Assembly (NCBI RefSeq): GCF_035594765.1
Contig: NC_085842.1
Span: 130,957,036-131,021,035, forward strand
Origin: Anolis carolinensis
Lineage: Eukaryota
Reading direction: 5' to 3'
Length of the DNA stretch: 64,000 nucleotides
Below are positions 55,095 through 64,000 of this stretch, piece by piece. A model generated the notes under the pieces. It saw only the letters and a list, made by a program, of their open reading frames with translations. It was not told the DNA's origin and did not search any database. The stretch's first letter is position 1; the number at the start of each line of letters is the position of its first letter. Position numbers and translations under genes: made by a program.

Positions 55095-58000
55095 TCATGC
55101 AACACCATCAATAGCTTCTTTTAGCAACAGAGCCTCCTCTACCTCAGCTTCCTGTGTTTTCACTTCAATCTTTTCCAGGCTGGATTGCCCACTTTTCCAC
55201 AAAAGACTTTTTTCATATTTGGTTTTAAAAAGCAGCCCATGGCCTAAAGAACCAAAAAGAAAATGTGCCTTGATTAACTAGGTAGTATAGCCATGAGGGA
55301 AAGGCATATTATTTGGAATGGCAATTAGAGAATTAAAATTCCCCCAATATACAGGTGATATTTTTATAATTATATGAGGTTTCAAATCTTTTTTAAAAAC
55401 GTGTGTATGTCCATGGTACAGAATGTGGCTATTTCAGGAAAATGGAAAATGGGTCTGAATTCACAAAACGTTTAGGTGGATTATTTTACACATTGTGGGT
55501 CTTTCATCTACTGCTTTGTATATACTGTATATCCGACCATAATTTCCCTTGGTTTACAGAAGATCCACAGGCAACGAAAGCAGCTGGGCAATGGCTAGAG
55601 TGATGGGCAATGGCTAGAGTGATTGTGACAACAAGCACAACTAGTGAAGACTCTTTCCCATGCTTATTATGCATAGAGCAGTGATATTAGCAAATGTGTT
55701 TGCCTAGACAATCTGATCCTTGACATGCCACTCAGCACTTATTCTAACCCCTTTGCAATCAAACCAAGACTTTGCAATCAAACTTTAGTTATCTACTGTA
55801 TGAATCTGGTGCATGGAAAAGTCAATTACTTGTTAAAATTTGGCCCAAAGACTATCACAGAGTCTAAGGGAGCATCCAGTTTGCCATCTCATCAAGTTTC
55901 CCAGGAGCTGAGATCTCATAACACAGGCAAGATTGGTGTGTTGCACCATTTCCCAGATTGACATTTTCCCATGTTGGCTTTTAAAATTGAATGGAAGTGA
56001 ACTGATAGATGTGTGCTGTTGCTCTGAAGAAGTCTAGTCTGCACCTTTCTGAAGATGACTCAGAGGATACATGATAGCCATGTTTAAATGTTTGAAAGGA
56101 TGTCAAAAGGAAGAGAGGGTAGGATTGTTTTCTGCTGCCCTGGAGACTAGGACTTGGAGCAATGGGTTCAAATTACAGGAAAGGAGATTCTACCTGAACA
56201 TTAGGAAGAATCTCCTGACCAAGAGCTGTTTAGCAGTGGAACTCTCTGCTTTGGAGTCTGGTGGAGTCCTTTCTTGGAGGCCTTTAAACAGAGGCTGGAT
56301 GGCCATCTGCGGGGGGCTGCTTTGATTGTACTTTTCCTGCATGGCAGGGGATTGGACTAGATAGACCATGGAGTTTCTTCCAACCAAGATTCTAAATAAA
56401 GGAGTATTGCCATGCCCTGGCTAATAGCTCTTTTGGGTCCAGATGCTTGTATGAGTGGTGACTGGAGAACTACAAGCATTCTTGGAGAAAAGCAATTATC
56501 TGAACACATTTTAGACCAGAGATGGTATCAAAACAGCCTTCATTAGTCTGACCCACAACTTTTTGGGAATAAAATATAGGTTGTTGATTTTCCTGGACCT
56601 TTTTAGTGGCTGCCCTTCTGGTTACAGTTTGAATTAAAGATACTGATAATAGTTTGAATTAAAGATAAACAGCACTTAAAGCTCTAAATAGTGTAGAACC
56701 ATGATAACTGGGAAGTGCTTCTCTCTGTGCATGCCTGATCAAATTATTCTAGTGCTTAGCATTAACAATGTTCAATTACTTGTAACAAATACTAATAGTC
56801 TATTATTGGGAAAACATTAGAACCTTTGAGCAGTACCTTAAGAGAATCCAGAATAAACAAAAATCCTAACTTTTCATAAGGATTAGAAATAGGGAATGAT
56901 TACTAATAAATATTTTAAAAGGAGATGGAAAATAATTATGTAATTAAATATTACATACAGAATTAATAGCATAATAAAAGCTTAATTAATGAATAACTGC
57001 TGCTCTATCAAAGAAATATAATTTTTCAATAGCTTTCCAGAATATGAATATGGATTTTGCTTATTTGTCTGCCATGAACATTAAAAATGCAATTGAAAAA
57101 CTTTCCCATCTCTTTTAATGTTTTTTTTATAAATTCAGAAATAGCTAATTTTTCTGAAAAGCTCAATCAGGCAAACCTAACTATAACCTAGACTTCATAT
57201 GTCTTGATCTACTAATATTCTGAGCAGCAAAATATTCAATGGTTTTAACCTATTATGAAGTTTGGTTTAAAAATCTTTCTTTTACAAGTATTCAACTCTT
57301 ATGGGAAAATAAGCCTGGACAGTATTTACCTGGACAATCTGCTGTTTCTCTAAAAGCCCTTTTCTTACAGCATCCTCGACACAAGTTAAATACACACTTG
57401 TTACCCTGGAAAAATAACGAAACAAACAGGTTTAATATTTGCATTGGAATCCTAAAATGTCAATAGGTGGGAAGATAAAATATTGCCTTGGTGTTGAACC
57501 AGGATATGAAACAAACAAAAAGCTATCAAAATTGTGCAGAACATCTTTCACAGGAAAAAAGAAAGGATTTCCTTAGGAAAAGAATGCTCCCAAGTCCAGA
57601 TGTTAAATGGAAAGTCCACCAATGAGACCTTCAGAAGAATTATTGGGTTTTACAACTCTAGAAATGCCATAGTACCATGTGCTCTGTGTCTCAAGAGTCT
57701 GTTCTTGAAACTATGTTCAGATGAGAGGCTGAGTTAAACAAACTCCGCAAACAGCAGAATAAAAATAATCAATTATTATTCAATGAAGTAGCAGAGGCTT
57801 TTGATCTAATCCTATTTTTCTTCTTAATTTGATCTATTCAGAGTCTGTTGTGTAACACTGCCTCAGCAAAGCATCCTAATCCAAATGAATGATCCCTCCA
57901 ACCCAAATCAAAGGAAGTTCCGACACAGGAGCAATTTGATTGGACAACGGTTCTAATCACATCTGTACTAGAGTACTGTGTATATTGGGTAGAAGGCATG

Positions 58001-61000
58001 TGAATCAATTTATAATTGAAGCAAAAAATAGCATACAATCCTGTGACAAGAAAACAATGCCTCCAAAAATATCATTTAGTCATTAGGAAAAAAGTCTTCT
58101 GTAAAGGGGGTGGGGTGGGGAGTGTTCTGATGTATAACTCTACACTTGTAAATTCTAATTTTGCACTTGCTACAGTATGGAAAACTCCCCAAGAACTGAT
58201 AGTTCCAAATAAAGGATGTCTTTATCATTTAATGAGACCTGGTAATAGGGACACGGATGACCGTAATGCCATTTTAGCAGATTTTCAACTGCTTTCATCA
58301 TAAATTTATTTTGTTGTGCACACTGCACAGTAGTCTCTCAAATCTATGAAGAAACCATACTACAGATGCTATAGTCTATCTTTTAGCATCCTTACCCAAG
58401 CATTGTTGGAGCTTAAAAATTGGATTAGTAATATCATACTCCTTTTTTAAAATATGTAAACCATCTATTACCTAATTTTAGAAGTTCAATAGGAAAAAGT
58501 ATTCAGTTAATTATAAAGACAACACAGGAAGTAGGAAGTCAAATTTCCAGCTCTTTTTTGGTACAATACAGTATATCTAGCCCAGAATATAATGCAAAAT
58601 GATTCTGTCCAGCAGATGGCAGCTCATCACCATAAACCAGAATAGCTAACTGCTGAATGACAAAAGTCTGCCATCCATTACTGTAATTAATTAAAGCAAG
58701 CCACAATTATACAAATACACACACACACACATATGGCACAAAGAGCAGGATCATAAAGTATGTAATGTTACAGGTTCCAACAACATCCTTAGTTCTGGTA
58801 GTCTAATGAGGTTCTGTCAGACAGAGGCATGTATGCAGAGGTCTATGGGAAAAAGGCCTGCATTCTAGATTTAAATGGTATTCTATTGGCAGAGAATTCC
58901 TTTTGAGAAAGTTTTCAGGATTAGCATTTCAGATTGTAATAAAGATTTCTTAGCAATAAAGTGCTGGGCAACAAACTCCTCTTTTGAGAAAGAGAACAAG
59001 CAATTCAAACTTTGAGCTTTGCCTTGGGCAGCAGTTTCACTCCCACTGCCACAAGAATACGTAATAGTAATTGTAATCTTACTTAATATTTGATGACAAA
59101 GGTATTAGTATTAACAAAAAGAGAGACAGATGATGACCTACCTTTGGGTTTCCACACTGATCACATTTCGCATATTTAGCTGAAAGAAAGAAAACTTTTA
59201 ATAGTTCAAACTGGGATCCTTTTATATTTTAGTTATTGACAATTATAAATATATGAAATATATTTTTATAGGAGAAAATATAACAATGCAAAAGGATTTT
59301 AACCAATACAGATACCTCAAAGTTAAAATTAATGTTACTTTCTTAATTTGAAGATCAAAAAATTAATCCAATTCCTAAGTAGAATTATTCAGAAAAAAAT
59401 GAAGAAAACAGGGATTGCATTTAACAAATTATTCAAAGTAAACTTTCACTACAGTGACTGAAACCATAAAACTGTAAACAAAACTTACCAGTTTTGAGAG
59501 TCACAACAACTTTACATGAAAATCTGGCTAATTTTCTGGCTAGTATTTCTACAGTATTTTTGATCTTTATTTTCTGTGCACAAAAGGTTATCAGCCACAT
59601 AAAAGGAAAGGTGTTACGAACAAATTTCCCGTGGTGCTATCTATGCAATTTAGAATAAGAAGTCTTTACATATAATTAAGGCTGCCATCAAATTAAAGAC
59701 CTCTTGGGCAATGTGTGCTGAATATTCCTCTATGTGATGAAATACAGTACAGTCTGAGTTTCCCTTATCCAGAATGCTTGGGACCAGATGTGTTTTGGAT
59801 TTCGGGGGTGGGGGGGGTGGGTGGAATTTTTTGGTGTACCTGTATTTGCATATACATAAATAATAAGATAACTGGGACAAGAAGTCTAAACATAATGTTC
59901 AGTTATATTTCATATATCTGTTATACACACTGCCTGAACGTAACTTTAGACAATATTTTAAATAATTTTGTACATAGAACAAAATACAATGAACTTCCAG
60001 AAAAAGGTGTTACCATACTATCTCAATCACACAGAAGTATTTTGAATTTGTTGAGATAAGGAATGCTCCACATGTACTTACTATGTTTTTGAATGCCACA
60101 TTATTTGATTAAATCTATATAATTCCACCAAAGGAAAAAAATATTTTTTATAAAGTTGTCTTTCTTGTTTAAGTGCAACAAAAGCAAAGGCCCATTCTAC
60201 CACATACTTTCTACCATGTTTACATTAAAATTATTTTTCAAACAGCCATTTGATCTTTTGAAAGTCTGCCACCCAATTCATCAGGAACATGATTTGATCA
60301 AAAGGAATTTAATATTTTATCGCAAGAGTGCATAATTTTAAGCAAGCAAGTCCTTGAGCTCATGTTAAAAAAAACCTTCTCATTTAAAAGAAGGTGAGCC
60401 ACAAATCTGCACGTTGTTTTACTGGAGAACTACATTTCTGAGTGGCTTTCAAAGATATGATTCTCTTTTAGGCCAAAGGTTGTACTCCTTAAACACCTTG
60501 CTTTAGGAGCACAAATGGCAGGGGATTATCACAACTACTGCCACGCTGCCAAATTTGGAAGTGGTATATCTATCACAATGACGAAATATTGCAGCCCTAC
60601 ATCTTACGTTTTAAAGATGGATCAAAGCTTTTATTAGGATTTCTTAATTTCTTCTTTTGTTTGTTCTTTGAAAGAGAATCCAAGGTCCCATCTTCCTCAT
60701 CTTCCAAAGCTCGCTTTCCCCGTGTACTTCCTTCAATCCTACTAGCGCCATTTTCCTTGCATGTCTCTTTGGGCCTGCGAAGGTTAAACACCACGATATT
60801 TAAAAATAGAAGGCAGCAAGTGCTTTCTTTAAGGATCCCATTTTTATAGAAGCAAGTAGTATATGGAAAATAGCAAGGGTGGGCAAAATTCTGCCCTCCA
60901 AACTTTGCTGGACGACAATTCCCAGCATCCATTGTCATCAATTACACTGGCCTGGGCTGGCAGAGAAGCCTAGGCCACCAAGTTCTGCAGCGAAGCATTA

Positions 61001-63245
61001 TGCTTGACCACAGTATATAGGTACTTGAAGGAAAAATGAAGCAATAGTCACGTTATGAAAGAAAGCTCTTTATGTCACTGTATATACAGTATAAAGTGAC
61101 ATAAGTATCCAGGATTTCATGTCACATATATACATTGGTAGAATATTCAGGATTTTAGGCTCCTTGGAAAATGATTCCCTAAATATTAGTCAGGAAAGAT
61201 CATATACTACTCTAGAGAAAAAGAATCCCAAAGGAATTATCTTCAGTTCCCACTTCTTAAAAATGATATTGCCCATTTATGTTATGGCTAAATTACATTA
61301 TTGCCTCCTAAGCACATAGCACTATCACTATGTGTGACTAAAAACATGCTTTGTTTGAGGCTTAAGAAATATCTCTCAAATCCAGAATGAAATCCCAGGG
61401 TAAACTGTATGCATACTTCACCATACAAGGGTGAGGGGAAGCAGGGACGAGATGGGCATTCAAAGGTAAGAGGATAATATCATCATCACCTCTATAGCAA
61501 TTGATTTTTTTCCCCATTGTTGCCAGAGCTGGTGAAAAGGAACTCATCTTTGGCTTAGATTTGCTAAACTATCATTCAAAGATTGTAGATAACTGGCTTA
61601 ACTTGTGCAACACATTGCACTGCAATACAGAGACTCACCCTGGTCGGAGATATGGCTGACAAATCCAATGGAAGAATGGCAATCCTCCTTGTGGATTCTC
61701 GCCTTCCTTCAATTGTGCTATTTCTTTCTGTGAGCACAATAAGAAATTACGACAAATTCAGCTTTCGCTGAAGCCATTCATTGTTACTGCCAATTCACAG
61801 AGCGAGCAAAAATGAATTGAAATAACATGTTTTAGAAACTTGGATACACAAGAATTGCTGAGCAAATTCACACATTCCCTTCATCTTTCTCTCTCTCACA
61901 CACACAAAGACATGCCTTTCCTATCCCATGTCATTCCTTACTGCCTCCTCTGCCTCATGCCAGCTACTGCCTTCCCACATTTGCCACCATTACCTCAGCA
62001 CCCATCTGCATGGTTTTACTCTTCCTTGTCATTTTCCCTTCATCTGAGTTTATTAGGCAGTAGCAGAACCTTCTCTTTTTTCGTCAGAAGAATGTTTTAA
62101 AATCAGTCTGTCCATAGCACCCCAGCCAACTGTCATCGTCATTTGTTATGAAAGCAGTATGCTTAGCTGGGGCTCAGAGGCAAACCAGAGAAATAAAGAT
62201 GGCAGGTGGCTCAAAGATATGGTGCAATGTTAGGTCATATCATGGAGGAAAATAATGCTGTGAAAGTAGGACTGGATAATTCTGACTGGTGCTAACCAAT
62301 CACAGCTAAGGGAACTTTGTGAAGGGGTGGGGGGGTCTATGGAGAAGAAGAGATACAAAGCAGAAGTTTGTCTCTAATAGAAGGCAGATAGGGAAAAGAT
62401 TGCAGAGAGACAATGAAAGGATAGTCTAGATACAGGGAAAGCATTAGAGGGATAGGAAGGAGAGGGTACAGAGATGGGGAAAACTGTAATAGACATAGGA
62501 AAGTCAAACAGGGGAAGAATTGAATAGGAGTTTGTGGGAATTGTACATGATCAAACAATTCAGGAGTTAATATTTGATCTAATTATGAATTAACAAATGT
62601 CTACTTGTTTATTCTTTTTTCTGTAAAGTATGCCTAGTTGTTCCTGTTAAGTTTTGATAGGGATCCTGGTTACCTCAGGGAAACCACAGAGTATCACGGC
62701 CACTGGTCCACATAGAGCTCACCTTGAGGCCCAATACCCAATCTAGGGAACCTTAAGGGCATAAGGATCAAGAAGTGTGAGAGGAAAACAAGTGTTGCCA
62801 ACTATGGGGTTGAAAGGGGATCCATCATAAGTGCATTTGAATGAAAGTACCTGGCAATGTAACTTCAGTTCTTGGTTAACAGCTATAAGTCCATCCAGTG
62901 ACTTCACTTTTGCTAATTCATCACGCAGCCGATGATGAACTTGCAGCCTGGGGGAAAGATAACGTGAGCTGTGTTGCTTACCCATCAACAAGATCCCAAA
63001 TCCAGTATTCTTTAGGCAGGCTTAGTTCTGCCATGCCCTTGAGATCCTCCTCATCTAACAGAATGTCATATGAAGGGATATAAGCAACCCAATTACTCAC
63101 GTATGATGCCAAAGCTTAAAGAGATGAGCCCTGACATAGGACAGAGGGCAAGGGTACTGCTGTACTATTTCCAAGTATTCCTCAGCCATTTCCCAAACTA
63201 CAGGGTTTCTTCCTTCAAACAAAGCTGGATTGTGAAGATTGCCCT
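55095..63245 (-). CDS. DUS1L: tRNA-dihydrouridine(16/17) synthase 1-like; last 7 coding exons (gene continues beyond the window)
   Basis: Exons 63245-63101, 62947-62851, 61727-61639, 60774-60608, 59179-59142, 57405-57330, 55243-55095, all in frame. Translation: [14 protein letters not shown]...[13 protein letters not shown]...[11 protein letters not shown]...[30 protein letters not shown]...[12 protein letters not shown]. Confidence 0.95.
56050..56395 (+). mobile_element. CR1 LINE 3' fragment
   Basis: ORF2 C-terminus [47 protein letters not shown] plus 3' UTR. Confidence 0.8.
59750..60075. mobile_element. Tigger-like MITE; a related decayed copy lies at about 3175-3468
   Basis: tacagtctgagtttcccttatccagaatgcttgggaccaga...gataaggaatgctc ends. 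Confidence 0.5.
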
Positions 63246-63889
63246 CTGAGAAGAAAGAGCCAAAAGTAAGCTTTTAATTGTGTTATACTTGCAATGTTGG
63301 AGTTAGTTTCACAATGCTAACACACTGGGGCTGATGGTAGTGGAGCAATTCTAGGGGGAAATGACAGCAGGGCAGACTGTGTTTCACCTTTTCCTAAATT
63401 CTAATCTGTGTGCTTTTTTACACTCTTTTTCTGAGCTGGATATAGTGATTAGCCCCTCTAAATGTTTCATTTGCATTCCCTGTTCAGGTTTGAAAACATG
63501 TGTATGCCAAGACTGGCAACTGCTCCCAATTATTCAAACTGATTAAGCATTTTAATTTAGTTCGGAAATCTGAAAAAATGGCAAGAACATAATTTGAGTT
63601 TTTAAAACACATTTTGAGATTGAATGCCACAATACTCCACTGCTCACTCATAGAATAGTGTAACTGAGTATGGATTTGATCAAAGATCTAATCATTATAC
63701 TAGGTGGTAGGCAACCTTTCCTGCTTTACTTCCCGGACAACTACTACATGTTTATGTTTAATAATTTCTAAAAGACAACAAATTCCTCCATAATTCAACC
63801 TTTAAGTGCCCAAAGTTAGACAAATGTCTGTCTCATACTGTGTTGTTCCACCTTCTGCTAAAACCACAGTGGCTAACATGTATGGCCAA

Positions 63890-63895
63890 CATCTA

Positions 63896-63950
<55 letters not shown>

Positions 63951-64000
63951 ATCTATACCTAAATCTAATCTAATCGAAATCTATCTATCTAAATCTATCT
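63890..64000. repeat. (ATCT)n microsatellite
   Basis: Seen directly in the sequence. Confidence 0.9.

Overview
This is vertebrate genomic DNA, very probably from a squamate lizard (Anolis-like repeats: Sauria SINEs, Penelope remnants, Bov-B/RTE, CR1, TA-target MITEs). It carries the conserved gene block RAC3(+, 5'-partial), DCXR(-), RFNG(-), GPS1/CSN1(+) and DUS1L(-, 5'-partial), the same order as human 17q25.3. I reconstructed all exons by eye from GT-AG junctions and reading-frame continuity. The main surprise is an extra, intact, intronless 248-codon 14-3-3 gene (17961-18707) between DCXR and RFNG. It shows gamma/eta-subfamily signatures and keeps the structural and dimerisation core. It has lost two of the four phosphate-binding residues (zeta K49->T, R56->C) and has a remodelled groove, so it is a candidate natural pseudo-14-3-3 or altered-specificity adaptor. 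Secondary observations are a perfect 113-bp templated inverted insertion in the DCXR promoter, a chain of overlapping uORFs before the RFNG ATG, paired RFX X-boxes in the RFNG/GPS1 CpG island, Penelope hammerhead motifs, a ~394-bp tandem duplication and a DIRS/Bov-B/SINE nest. Most short ORFs in the supplied track are spurious or are exon read-throughs. Comparisons with human proteins are from memory and need checking by alignment.
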